Shown here one piece after another: positions 19,022-28,073 of a DNA stretch of 64,000 bases. How positions within the stretch are numbered: the first letter of the stretch is position 1; each line of letters begins with the position of its first letter. The position numbers and the translations under genes were made by a program. The notes under the pieces were generated by a model. That model had not been told where the DNA came from, did no database searches, and worked only from the letters and a program-made list of their open reading frames with translations. This DNA is from Candidatus Planktophila sp. (lineage in GTDB: Bacteria; Actinomycetota; Actinomycetes; Nanopelagicales; Nanopelagicaceae), in NCBI GenBank assembly GCA_037624245.1, contig JASJJO010000004.1, positions 1,908 to 65,907 of the forward strand, given 5' to 3'.

Positions 19022-19053
19022 AATAACCCCCGCTCGATTGAGCGGGGGTTATT
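19022..19053 (-). terminator. Intrinsic terminator of the DUF5679 gene
   Basis: Perfect 14-bp stem AATAACCCCCGCTC / GAGCGGGGGTTATT with a 4-nt loop. On the minus strand it is followed by TTCTTTTTCC. Confidence 0.7.
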
Positions 19054-19075
19054 TCTACGTTTGGTGACGTAAGAC

Positions 19076-19246
19076 TTATTCTGGCTTCTTGCCGAGAATG
19101 CGATTTACCTTCGTGCCACACACTGGGCAAATGCCCTGTGCCATGCGACGACCGGATTCTGAGATCTTTACAGTTCCCTCGAAATCACGCTTCTCTTTGC
19201 ATTTCACGCAGTAAGCGTCACCCTTGTATGTCTCTACCTCTGTCAT
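19076..19246 (-). CDS. DUF5679-type small zinc-ribbon protein
   Basis: MTEVETYKGDAYCVKCKEKRDFEGTVKISESGRRMAQGICPVCGTKVNRILGKKPE has two CxxC pairs. The start at 19246 has a GGAGG SD 5 nt upstream; the longer track ORF (to 19282) lacks one. Confidence 0.8.
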   Translation of the reverse strand: MTEVETYKGDAYCVKCKEKRDFEGTVKISESGRRMAQGICPVCGTKVNRILGKKPE

Positions 19247-19356
19247 TTTTGCCTCCGTCCGACACATGTGCTTGGCGCTCATGTGTGCTGGTTAGAACCA
19301 TACCCGTGCCCACGCTCAAAGTAGCAACTCCACGCGGGAAATCTGGAGGGATTTAG

Positions 19357-19938
19357 CTAGATTTTATCGAGCTCTGTGGGGGCCAGGAGAGCCCTTTCAG
19401 CGGCCTCATAGCCATCCAGATAGGCGCTGGCGAGCTCAGAATCCTCAAAACGAGCGAGAATCTCGGTGAATTGGGCGCCATGGTCGAAGAATTGGAGGTG
19501 GATCGCCTCGTGAAAGAGGACGTAATCCAGGGCGTAGGCGGGGGCAAGCTTGAGCCGGTCGGAGATGCGGATGGAGCGGTCAACGCTTGTACAGGAGCCC
19601 CAGCGCTCGCGCATGGCTCGCCAGCTTACAGAGTGGGCTCGCTCGGTAATTTCCGGAGCTAACTCAGTAAGTAGCTCATCGATTCTGGCGATTAGAGCTT
19701 GCTCACCCGGAGTCTTCGCCTCTTCTTGGCTACGAATCTTGGCAATCATCTCGGGAACGATCGCTCTCTCATCTGCCTTACTTAATCGGGCGGGAATGGA
19801 GATGACGATTCGACCGCCTTGGCGATAGGCGGAGATACTTTTCTTACGCCGGGTAGAACGGATGACGAGAATTTCACCCTCATCAACTCCGGGCAGAGTC
19901 ACCTCTTCAAACTCTGGCGAAAAGTCTCCACTTGTCAT
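19357..19938 (-). CDS. DUF45/YgjP-like (M48-related) metallopeptidase
   Basis: 193 aa. YVLFHEAIHLQFFDHGAQF matches the HExxH....H..F DUF45 signature. No SD; TACATT lies at -12..-7, suggesting a leaderless mRNA. Confidence 0.75.
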   Translation of the reverse strand: MTSGDFSPEFEEVTLPGVDEGEILVIRSTRRKKSISAYRQGGRIVISIPARLSKADERAIVPEMIAKIRSQEEAKTPGEQALIARIDELLTELAPEITERAHSVSWRAMRERWGSCTSVDRSIRISDRLKLAPAYALDYVLFHEAIHLQFFDHGAQFTEILARFEDSELASAYLDGYEAAERALLAPTELDKI

Positions 19939-20062
19939 TGAGGAAATGTATTGGAAATTTGATGGCTGGTTGGCGAAAAGTAATTTTTTTGACAGAAATT
20001 TTTTCTTGTGTCTTAGTTAATTTTGGTTGATTCTCGCCACTTTAGGCCGTACTTTTCTCATA

Positions 20063-20141
20063 CGAAGTCCTCGGATAACCGTTTGATATCAGCAAGGGGA
20101 AGGCTGATATCAAAATGTGCGCCCGGGGACTTCGCTTTTCT
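20063..20141 (+). other. Orphan long composite hairpin followed by a T-tract (candidate sRNA 3' end or structured RNA)
   Basis: Outer helix 20063-20074 / 20123-20134 is 12 bp with one G-U pair that is valid only on the plus strand. Inner helix is a perfect 12 bp, TTTGATATCAGC (20082-20093) / GCTGATATCAAA (20103-20114), with loop AAGGGGAAG. It is followed by CTTTTCT (20135-20141). Both flanking genes are on the minus strand. Confidence 0.4.
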
Positions 20142-20162
20142 ATGGAAGACGTTTTAGATTAA

Positions 20163-21512
20163 TTAGAGCAATCCGCTGAGATCATCGGGCACTTGTGTAG
20201 ATGTCAGGAACTTCTCAGGATCTAATAACTCATCCGCTGTCGGCAGTATTGAACTCCATATCTGATCTCGCGCTGAAATATCTTGCGAGACTCGGATTCT
20301 GTTCCAGAAAGCGCTCGCTTCACGTGCAAGTTTTGGAGTGACCTCTAAACCTAAGAGCGTTTTAAATAGTTGTTGTGATGGAGCCTTCGTTGCGCGTTGA
20401 CGCCGATAGATTTCGCGCAGTTGTGCAAGAGATGGAAGTCGATCACCTGCTGCAAGAGTTGTTACTTCATCGGCCCAACCATCAACGAGTGCGAGAGTAG
20501 TCTCTAACTTTGAGAGCGCTTCACGTTGTGCGGGAGTTTCTTCAGGAGTAAAAATTCCATTATTGAGCGCTAGCGCAAATGAATTCTCGTTTGATTCAGG
20601 GCTCATCTTTGTTGGGTCAAATTGTGATGGATCGAAGTTCTGCATCGCCTCTTCTGCTTGGCGCTGTATAGCTTCCATATCGATATGAATGCCGCGACCA
20701 TATTCAACGATTGCGCTGCGCATATAAGAGACCAGCCAAGGATTGTGCTCGAAGAGTCGAGCTATCGCAGATTCTCGCAGCGCATGAAAGAGATAGACCT
20801 CAGATTGTGCGATCTCCAGCTCTGCGCCCCAATTCTCAATATTTTCTGGAATGAGCAGTGGGCGAGCAGGTGCAAGCAGTGGCAGACAGACATCGTGGGC
20901 GCCAGTTGCAGAAGCTGAGATATTGCCAATTGCCTGGCCCAGTTGAGTTGCAATCATGGAGCCGATAAAGGTTCGTAGAAGGCCAGCAATTGCGCCCATT
21001 GGCCCAGCCATCGCCTGTTCATTATCTGAATCTTGCTCTTGCTCTCTCATGGCATCATCGAGCAACCCAGAGATTGCAGAGGCGAGCCCCGTTGCAAGCG
21101 GCTCCATCAGGGTATGCCAGCCTTTAAGGGTTTCATCGACCCAGTCAGCTCTACTGACAGCGCGTTGAGATGTATTGCCCGGAGTTGCTGGAAAGACAGT
21201 TGCCTCATTGAGCCATAAATCTGCGATCTCAAATGCGTTAGTGACGACAGTGACATCTTTGGTGCCAATTAGTTGAGAGCCTTGAGCGTGGACAAATTTC
21301 TTCGCAGTATCTCGAACAATTGATTGTGGAAGCGCATCTTGCGAGCCAGGGGTAAAGGAGGCAAGGGGATTAACAAATCCTGCCGGAGTAATTCCAAGTT
21401 GCTCAAATTGCTTCTGAATCTGTTCTTGCATCTGCTTCATCATCGCAGCTAAATCCTCAGGTTGTGAATTTTCCTCGTCACTATTGTCAGGTGTAAATCC
21501 AAATGGTGACAT
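20163..21512 (-). CDS. DUF2342-like conserved actinobacterial protein (annotated elsewhere as a putative zinc-dependent hydrolase)
   Basis: 449 aa with a GAGGAG SD. Assigned by overall resemblance and by its position next to the Lon-like/UPF0182 pair, as in mycobacteria. I could not see an HExxH motif, so the enzymatic call is weak. Confidence 0.5.
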   Translation of the reverse strand: MSPFGFTPDNSDEENSQPEDLAAMMKQMQEQIQKQFEQLGITPAGFVNPLASFTPGSQDALPQSIVRDTAKKFVHAQGSQLIGTKDVTVVTNAFEIADLWLNEATVFPATPGNTSQRAVSRADWVDETLKGWHTLMEPLATGLASAISGLLDDAMREQEQDSDNEQAMAGPMGAIAGLLRTFIGSMIATQLGQAIGNISASATGAHDVCLPLLAPARPLLIPENIENWGAELEIAQSEVYLFHALRESAIARLFEHNPWLVSYMRSAIVEYGRGIHIDMEAIQRQAEEAMQNFDPSQFDPTKMSPESNENSFALALNNGIFTPEETPAQREALSKLETTLALVDGWADEVTTLAAGDRLPSLAQLREIYRRQRATKAPSQQLFKTLLGLEVTPKLAREASAFWNRIRVSQDISARDQIWSSILPTADELLDPEKFLTSTQVPDDLSGLL

Positions 21513-21640
21513 CGGTAACTCCTCACATTAAAGATAGGCACGAGGTAAAGATTGGGTCGAGCGCGCTTTAGATTAATACTATCTACTAGCTGTAACCGTC
21601 CAGGTAAGCGCTTTCTTCCCGAAACCACTAAGATTTTTAT

Positions 21641-21901
21641 ATGTCCCAAATAGTTGCAGGTACCCAGATAGTTGAAGCGGCTCTAGGAGCCCCCAGCGCT
21701 CTTCTTGCAGGCTCAAGCGCATTTGCAGCTCTGATCTGGTGGGTAGTACCTCTGACGGGTCTTATTGGAGCGACTGGGTATGTGCTCTGGATTTCCAAAT
21801 TTAAATCGAAGTTTGAAACTGAGACATCACGTTCTGTCGGGCAATTTCAGCGATTCCAAGATTCTTTCCGCCAGAGCGCGCCAGAGGATGAGAAGAAGTA
21901 A
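21641..21901 (+). CDS. Small membrane protein (hypothetical)
   Basis: 86 aa. Two hydrophobic segments (ALLAGSSAFAALIWWVVPLTGLIGATGYVLWI) and a charged tail. Located upstream of the Lon-like protease gene. Confidence 0.45.
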   Translation: MSQIVAGTQIVEAALGAPSALLAGSSAFAALIWWVVPLTGLIGATGYVLWISKFKSKFETETSRSVGQFQRFQDSFRQSAPEDEKK

Positions 21902-21919
21902 ACCGCTTCGAGTTTTTAG

Positions 21920-22723
21920 ATGAATCTGCGCTTCTCTAAAACCCCGCGAACACTCAAGGCGCTCTTCGCGCTCTTCTTTATCGTTCCACTCTTTACTCCG
22001 GTTAACTTTGTGATTATTCAACCGGGGGATGGGACACCTCTCTTTCCTAAAGTTTTAACAATTTCTCAAAGCGATGCACCCACATATACCTCTGATGGCC
22101 AGATTTACCTGCTCTCGATCTGGGTCTCAAACCCTGATGCAAAAATCCTTGGAGCTGAAGTCATTGGCTGCTGGGTTAGAGCTGATTGCGTAGTTCTTCC
22201 GAGATCTGTTATTTATAAGAAGAACACCTCCACTAAAGAAGAGCAGAAGAAATCTAAAATTGAAATGAAAACTTCGCAGAGTGATGCGCTCACTGCAACT
22301 AAGGCGCTACTTGCAAAGAGATATCCCAAGATTGTCACATCCCAATTAACTGATCAATCTATTAAAGTGAAATTACCAAACATTGGCGGCCCAAGTGGCG
22401 GTCTTATATTCTCACTAGGACTTATCGAGCTACTTACCCCTGAAAATATTTTGCAAGGAAAAAAGATCGCCGGAACTGGAACAATTTCAGCTGGTGGGGA
22501 AGTTGGCGCGATTGGCGGAATTTCTGAAAAGATCATCGCAGCACGCAAAGCTGGCGCCACAATTCTCTTTGCATCAAAGAAGAATTGCGATGAGATACCC
22601 GAAAGTGATTCAGGTATCTCTGTAATCGCCGTTTCAAGCCTAGAAGAGGCCTTAAATTATCTGCAAAACCCCTTACTTGAGGATTTTCGAGGCGTCACAG
22701 GGTGTACTAGCCTAAGGGCATGA
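21920..22723 (+). CDS. Membrane-anchored S16 (Lon C-terminal domain) serine protease, YlbL-like but without a PDZ domain
   Basis: 267 aa. N-terminal TM helix, catalytic-Ser region GGPSGGLIFSLGLIELLT, Lys region KIIAARKAGA. It is shorter than PDZ-containing homologues. Confidence 0.7.
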   Translation: MNLRFSKTPRTLKALFALFFIVPLFTPVNFVIIQPGDGTPLFPKVLTISQSDAPTYTSDGQIYLLSIWVSNPDAKILGAEVIGCWVRADCVVLPRSVIYKKNTSTKEEQKKSKIEMKTSQSDALTATKALLAKRYPKIVTSQLTDQSIKVKLPNIGGPSGGLIFSLGLIELLTPENILQGKKIAGTGTISAGGEVGAIGGISEKIIAARKAGATILFASKKNCDEIPESDSGISVIAVSSLEEALNYLQNPLLEDFRGVTGCTSLRA

Positions 22724-25524
22724 ATAGAAATCGTAGCCCTCTCGCAATTACCGCAGGAATACTGGTCGCGCTAGGAGCGCTCCTACTTTATTTCAGCGGT
22801 TATTACGTTGATTGGCTCTGGTTCCAATCAGTTGATGCCACCAGTGTCTGGACTACTGTCCTTGTGACAAAGATTCAACTCTTCCTCATCGTTGGACTTC
22901 TCACATCTCTCATCATTTCGCTCAATATTTACATTGCCTATAAGCGTCGCCCGCTCTATGTACCAATGAGCATCGAAATTAGTGGCCTAGAAAGACTTCG
23001 CGCACAAATCGAACCAATTCGTCGCTGGGTTTTCCTTGGAATTGTTTTGACTCTCGCATACTTTGCCGGATCATCAGGGATGGTCTTCTGGCGAGAATGG
23101 CTTCTCTTCAATAACTCCACAGAATTTGGAGTAACAGACCCACAATTTGGAATGGATATTTCATTCTTCGCCTTCCGCCTTCCTTTATGGCAGTCCCTAA
23201 TTGGGTGGGCAATTTCAACACTGGTGCTCGCAGCCCTTGCAAGTGCATTTGTACATTACATGTATGGTGGAATTCGGACCACAGTTGAGGTAGATCGCAC
23301 AACAGTTGCTGCGCGCGTTCAAATTTCTATTCTTCTTGGATTTATCGTTCTCTTTAAGGCAGTTGCGTATTGGTTTGATCGTTATGCACTGGCTCTCAAA
23401 GAGAGCAAATTGATTACTGGCCTTACCTACACAGATGTCAATGCAACTCTGCCTGCAAAAGCGATTTTGTCTGCCATCGCAGTTGTATGTGCCGTTCTCT
23501 TCTTCGCAAATATCGTTCGTCGTTCGTGGTTACTTCCAGCTGCAGGTAGCGCTCTACTTGTCGTCTCTTCAGTTTTGATTGCTGGGATCTACCCAGGTGC
23601 AATTCAGCAGTTCCAGGTAAAGCCATCTGAATCATCGAAGGAAGCTCCATATATTCAGCGCAATATCGACGCTACCCGCGCCGCATACGACCTCAATGGG
23701 GTTGTCATGCAGGATTACAATGCAACTATTTCAACAAGTGCAGGTCAGCTCGCAAAAGATGCAGCAACTATTGCAAATATCCGCCTCATGGATCCCAATG
23801 TTCTTTCAGCAACTTTCCGCCAGCTTCAGCAGATTAAGCCTTATTACGCATTTCCAGAGTCTTTGGATATCGATCGATACACAGTAAACGGTGTTTCTCG
23901 CGATGCTGTTGTAGCGGTGCGTGAATTAAATATTGATGGAAACCCAAGCCGTAACTGGATTAACGATCACTTGGTCTATACCCACGGATTTGGGTTCGTA
24001 GCAGCTTATGGAAATACGGTAGATGCAGATGGAAAGCCAAACTTCTTGGTTGGAGATCTTCCACCAACTGAAGGGCTTGGCGATTTTGAACCTCGCGTCT
24101 ATTTCGGGGAGAACGTTCCCGACTACTCAATTATTGGTGGCGTAAAGACTGATTCTCCCGTTGAGTTCGATTACCCGGATGACACATCTGCTAATGGACA
24201 GAAGAATTACACTTATACAGGAAGTGGTGGAGTTCCAGTTGGTAACACAATCAATAAGTTGATCTTTGCAATTAAATATGGAGAGCAGAGAATTCTTCTC
24301 TCTAACCTCATTAATGCAGATTCCAAGATTCTCTACAATCGCTCACCTCGTGAGCGTGTTGCAAAAGTTGCACCATGGCTCACACTTGATGGAGATCCAT
24401 ACCCAGCAGTTGTTGACGGTAAAATCACCTGGATTATCGATGGTTATACAACCAGCGCTGGTTACCCATATTCGCAATCGACTTCACTATCAGAGGCAAC
24501 CAATGATGCGCTGACTGCGAATTCCACATCGATCACCGCCCAATCAAATAGAGCTGTTAATTACATCCGTAACTCTGTTAAAGCCACAGTGGATGCATAC
24601 GACGGAACAGTTACCTTGTATCAATGGGATGAGAAAGATCCAGTTCTTAAGACATGGATGAAGGCTTTCCCTAATACAGTCAAAGCTAAGAGCACCATTA
24701 GCGCTGACCTTCTTGACCATATCCGCTATCCAGAGGATATGTTCCGCGTACAACGCGATATTTTAAGCTCATATCACGTACAGAGCGCAGCAGCATTCTA
24801 CGGTGGACAAGATTTCTGGCGCGTGCCACGAGACCCATCTACCTTCGGAGCAAATGCGGGCGCTCAACCTCCGTATTACATGACACTGGAAATGCCAGGA
24901 TCAACAAGTCCTACATTCTCACTGACAACACCATTTGTACCACGAGGCGGACGTGAGAACCTTTCAGCATTTGCTGCAGTTAATTCAACTGCAGGTCCTG
25001 ATTACGGAAAGATCACGGTGCTCCAACTTCCACGAAGCACAAATATCGCAGGCCCTTCGCAGGTAGCTTCAAACTTTGAAGCAAAACCTGATGTTGCCAA
25101 TGCGCTTTCGTTGTTACGACAAGGCGGATCAGATGTTGTACTTGCAAGCCTTCTGACACTTCCTGTCGGAAATGGACTTCTTTATGTACAACCTGTCTAT
25201 GTACGTGCAACAGGTAATGCATCTGCATATCCATTGCTTCAGAAAGTCCTAGTCTCCTTCGGTGATGTCATTGGATTTGATAATTCACTTAAGGGTGCAC
25301 TGGATCAAGTCTTCGGTGGAAATTCAGGAACAAATTCATCATCGGCTGCGACAACAACTTCCAATAGCTCTGCAGATCTTGCAGGCGCACTTGCAAATGC
25401 AAAGCAAGCTATTGCCGATGGACAAGCTGCACTTGTAAAGGGAGATTTCGCTGCGTACGGTCGAGCACAAGATCGACTCAAGGCAGCAATTGCTGCAGCT
25501 GTGGCAGCACAAGCCCGCAAGTAG
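22720..25524 (+). CDS. UPF0182 family large membrane protein
   Basis: 934 aa. About 7 N-terminal TM helices, a large extracytoplasmic domain, and an Ala-rich helical tail (DFAAYGRAQDRLKAAIAAA) typical of UPF0182. Overlaps the preceding gene by 4 nt. Confidence 0.85.
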   Translation: MNRNRSPLAITAGILVALGALLLYFSGYYVDWLWFQSVDATSVWTTVLVTKIQLFLIVGLLTSLIISLNIYIAYKRRPLYVPMSIEISGLERLRAQIEPIRRWVFLGIVLTLAYFAGSSGMVFWREWLLFNNSTEFGVTDPQFGMDISFFAFRLPLWQSLIGWAISTLVLAALASAFVHYMYGGIRTTVEVDRTTVAARVQISILLGFIVLFKAVAYWFDRYALALKESKLITGLTYTDVNATLPAKAILSAIAVVCAVLFFANIVRRSWLLPAAGSALLVVSSVLIAGIYPGAIQQFQVKPSESSKEAPYIQRNIDATRAAYDLNGVVMQDYNATISTSAGQLAKDAATIANIRLMDPNVLSATFRQLQQIKPYYAFPESLDIDRYTVNGVSRDAVVAVRELNIDGNPSRNWINDHLVYTHGFGFVAAYGNTVDADGKPNFLVGDLPPTEGLGDFEPRVYFGENVPDYSIIGGVKTDSPVEFDYPDDTSANGQKNYTYTGSGGVPVGNTINKLIFAIKYGEQRILLSNLINADSKILYNRSPRERVAKVAPWLTLDGDPYPAVVDGKITWIIDGYTTSAGYPYSQSTSLSEATNDALTANSTSITAQSNRAVNYIRNSVKATVDAYDGTVTLYQWDEKDPVLKTWMKAFPNTVKAKSTISADLLDHIRYPEDMFRVQRDILSSYHVQSAAAFYGGQDFWRVPRDPSTFGANAGAQPPYYMTLEMPGSTSPTFSLTTPFVPRGGRENLSAFAAVNSTAGPDYGKITVLQLPRSTNIAGPSQVASNFEAKPDVANALSLLRQGGSDVVLASLLTLPVGNGLLYVQPVYVRATGNASAYPLLQKVLVSFGDVIGFDNSLKGALDQVFGGNSGTNSSSAATTTSNSSADLAGALANAKQAIADGQAALVKGDFAAYGRAQDRLKAAIAAAVAAQARK

Positions 25525-25587
25525 TAGCTTCTTCAGTAAGCGATTTGGTGGAAGGCGCTGCTGCGCAATACACTTGCCTCAATCCGA

Positions 25588-25664
<77 letters not shown>

Positions 25665-25682
25665 ATCAAGGTAGGTACGTGA

Positions 25683-25708
25683 AAAAGGCGCTGATATCAG
25701 CGCCTTTT
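25683..25708. terminator. Bidirectional intrinsic terminator (tRNA-Met / copA)
   Basis: AAAAGGCGCTGATATCAGCGCCTTTT is a perfect palindrome with an A-run on one side and a T-run on the other. It sits between two convergent genes. Confidence 0.65.
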
Positions 25709-25739
25709 CTCATTTCAACAGACTTTACTCTGATCAGAG

Positions 25740-28067
25740 TCATCTAATCCGGAGCGAGTTGGTCACAACGAAGAGACTACTCAGCGCCATAGCGGCTGCG
25801 GCATAGATTGGTGACATCAAGCCCATCGCTGCAATCGGTAGACCGATAGCGTTATAGGCAAAGGCCCACCCAAGGTTTACGCGAATAGTTTTCAACGTCT
25901 TTCGTGAAAGATTGAGCGAATCAATAATGCTCATCAGCTCAGGGCGCATCAAAGTGATATCTGCAGTCGAGATTGCAGTATCTGTACCTGTTCCCATTGC
26001 AATACTCAGATCAGCTTTCGCAAGAGCTGCAGCGTCATTAACGCCGTCGCCAACCATCAAAACATGGTGACCTTCTGCTTGAAGGGCCGTTATCTTCGCC
26101 AACTTATCTTCAGGACGTGCAGATGCAATGATCCGCTCGGTCGAGATGCCAACGAGAGCTCCGACCTTTGCTGCGCTCTCTGAATTATCTCCAGTGACAA
26201 GCCATGTTTGAATTCCGCGGGCCTGCAGTTCTGTGATTGTTTCTGCGGCATCTGCCTTGATCACATCGCCAGTTGCAAAAATTGCAACGGCAACGCCATC
26301 CCACGCCAAGACCGCAACTGCATAAGATTGCGCCTCTGCCTCAGTAATTGCGTGAAGAATTTCTGCATCAAATGCAATAGTGCTATGTGCTACTGATGTG
26401 GGAGAACCAATAATGACTACCGGTGACTTATTGCCAATATTTACTCGTCCGGCTACTCCGATACCGGGAGTTTGTGTAAAGTCAGCAACGGGCAGTTGTT
26501 CTGTATTGCGCGAAAGACAGTACGCGGCAATTGCGTGAGCTACGGGATGATCGCTCTGACTTTCAAGGGCTAAGGCAGATGAGAGCACATTCTTCTCAGT
26601 CATTAACGGTGCAAATGAGGCACCAAGGGTTTTATGTGCCGACGATGGAATTGATACATGTTGAACTTTCATTGCGCCATCTGTCAGCGTTCCGGTCTTA
26701 TCAAGAACTACAACATCGATTTGACGTGAAGCTTCAAGGACTCGTGGATGGCGAATAACAATGCCGCGAAGAGCCCCTCGACCTGATGCGACCAGCAAGG
26801 CAACGGGCGTTGCAAGGCCGAGCGCACAAGGACATGCGATAACAAGGACCGTAATAGCGGTAGAAATTGAGTAGGTGAGTGATTTATCGCCGAAGTAGTA
26901 CCAACCTTCAAAGGTTGCAATTGCAAGAACGGTGACAATGGGGACAAAGATTGAGGCAATTTTATCGGCCATCGCTTGGATTGGAGCTTTTGTCCCTTGC
27001 GCTGTCACAACCATCGCTGTGATACGAGCAAGTTCTGTATCACTTCCTACTCGCGTTGCACGAACAATAATACGTCCATTTTTATTGAGCGCAGATCCAA
27101 TAACGCTCATACCTGGAGAAGTTTCAATAGGAGTAGATTCACCAGTGATTAGTGAGTTATCGACGGAGCTATTACCTGAGATAACAAGACCATCAGTTGC
27201 AATACGTGCACCGGGTTTAACAATGAATTCATCTCCTACCAGTAGGTGCGAAACTGGAATCAATACTTCTATCCCGTTGCGAAGAACGGATACCTCTTTC
27301 TCACCGAGAGCTAAGAGCGTGGCGAGTGCGCTACTTGCGCTCTTTTTTGCACGAGATTCAAGGTAACGACCAAGGATGACAAAGAGCAGAACCCCAGCTG
27401 CGACTTCGGTATAAACATCACCTTGATTTGTATAGGTGGCATAAATCGACCAGCCATATGCGCTCAGCGAACCAAGAGATACAAGAGTATCCATCGTTGG
27501 GTGGGCAATATTTCTGATTGCCGCTCGGTGAATTGGAAAAGCGATGATGAATATAAGTGGCGCCGTAATTGCAAGAACGAGCCACGAAGTAAAGAGATGG
27601 TCTGCGTGTGGTGGTTGTGAAATCCCATAGGCGCCAAATATTGAAATCAACCAATCATTGATGGGTTGATGCCAGCTCATCACCATAGAGATAGCTATTG
27701 CAGGAAGAGCAAAAATTGTTGCGAAGATAATGGCCTGTGCTGCGCCTTTGCGATGGAGCGCAGGGTCAGCCTGATCGGTTAGTAACGTTGCCCCATAACC
27801 CGCTCCTTTAATCTTCTTAATAACTAGCTCAGGCGAAAGGTCGGCCGCTGCCAAGATATGCACTGTTTCAGATGCAAAATTTACTGAAGCTGAAACGCCG
27901 GGTATTTCATTAAGAGTTCGTTCAATACTATTAACACAGGCAGAGCAGGTCATTCCCGTGACTGCAAAGGTTTGAGTCAGCAGGGAAGATGATTTAGATG
28001 GTGAATAATCTTCAGGTGAGCTATCTACTTGACGATGTTTTTGAAGATCAATCTGAATATCTTCCAT
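25740..28067 (-). CDS. copA: Copper-translocating P1B-type ATPase
   Basis: 775 aa. N-terminal HMA domain GMTCSACVNSIE, TM CPC motif (ACPCALGLATP), DKTGTLT, GDGVNDA. Confidence 0.9.
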   Translation of the reverse strand: MEDIQIDLQKHRQVDSSPEDYSPSKSSSLLTQTFAVTGMTCSACVNSIERTLNEIPGVSASVNFASETVHILAAADLSPELVIKKIKGAGYGATLLTDQADPALHRKGAAQAIIFATIFALPAIAISMVMSWHQPINDWLISIFGAYGISQPPHADHLFTSWLVLAITAPLIFIIAFPIHRAAIRNIAHPTMDTLVSLGSLSAYGWSIYATYTNQGDVYTEVAAGVLLFVILGRYLESRAKKSASSALATLLALGEKEVSVLRNGIEVLIPVSHLLVGDEFIVKPGARIATDGLVISGNSSVDNSLITGESTPIETSPGMSVIGSALNKNGRIIVRATRVGSDTELARITAMVVTAQGTKAPIQAMADKIASIFVPIVTVLAIATFEGWYYFGDKSLTYSISTAITVLVIACPCALGLATPVALLVASGRGALRGIVIRHPRVLEASRQIDVVVLDKTGTLTDGAMKVQHVSIPSSAHKTLGASFAPLMTEKNVLSSALALESQSDHPVAHAIAAYCLSRNTEQLPVADFTQTPGIGVAGRVNIGNKSPVVIIGSPTSVAHSTIAFDAEILHAITEAEAQSYAVAVLAWDGVAVAIFATGDVIKADAAETITELQARGIQTWLVTGDNSESAAKVGALVGISTERIIASARPEDKLAKITALQAEGHHVLMVGDGVNDAAALAKADLSIAMGTGTDTAISTADITLMRPELMSIIDSLNLSRKTLKTIRVNLGWAFAYNAIGLPIAAMGLMSPIYAAAAMALSSLFVVTNSLRIR

Positions 28068-28073
28068 GGATTC

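Noticed and set aside
20082-20114. A shared GCTGATATCAGC-type core between the orphan hairpin (20082-20114), the tRNA/copA terminator (25683-25708) and a small hairpin after ssrA (about 48273-48287, ATCAGCTTTGCTGAT). This suggested a dispersed REP-like element.
   Set aside because: Only 6-10 nt are shared and the flanks differ. Three occurrences in 64 kb of a short palindromic core is not convincing without genome-wide counts.
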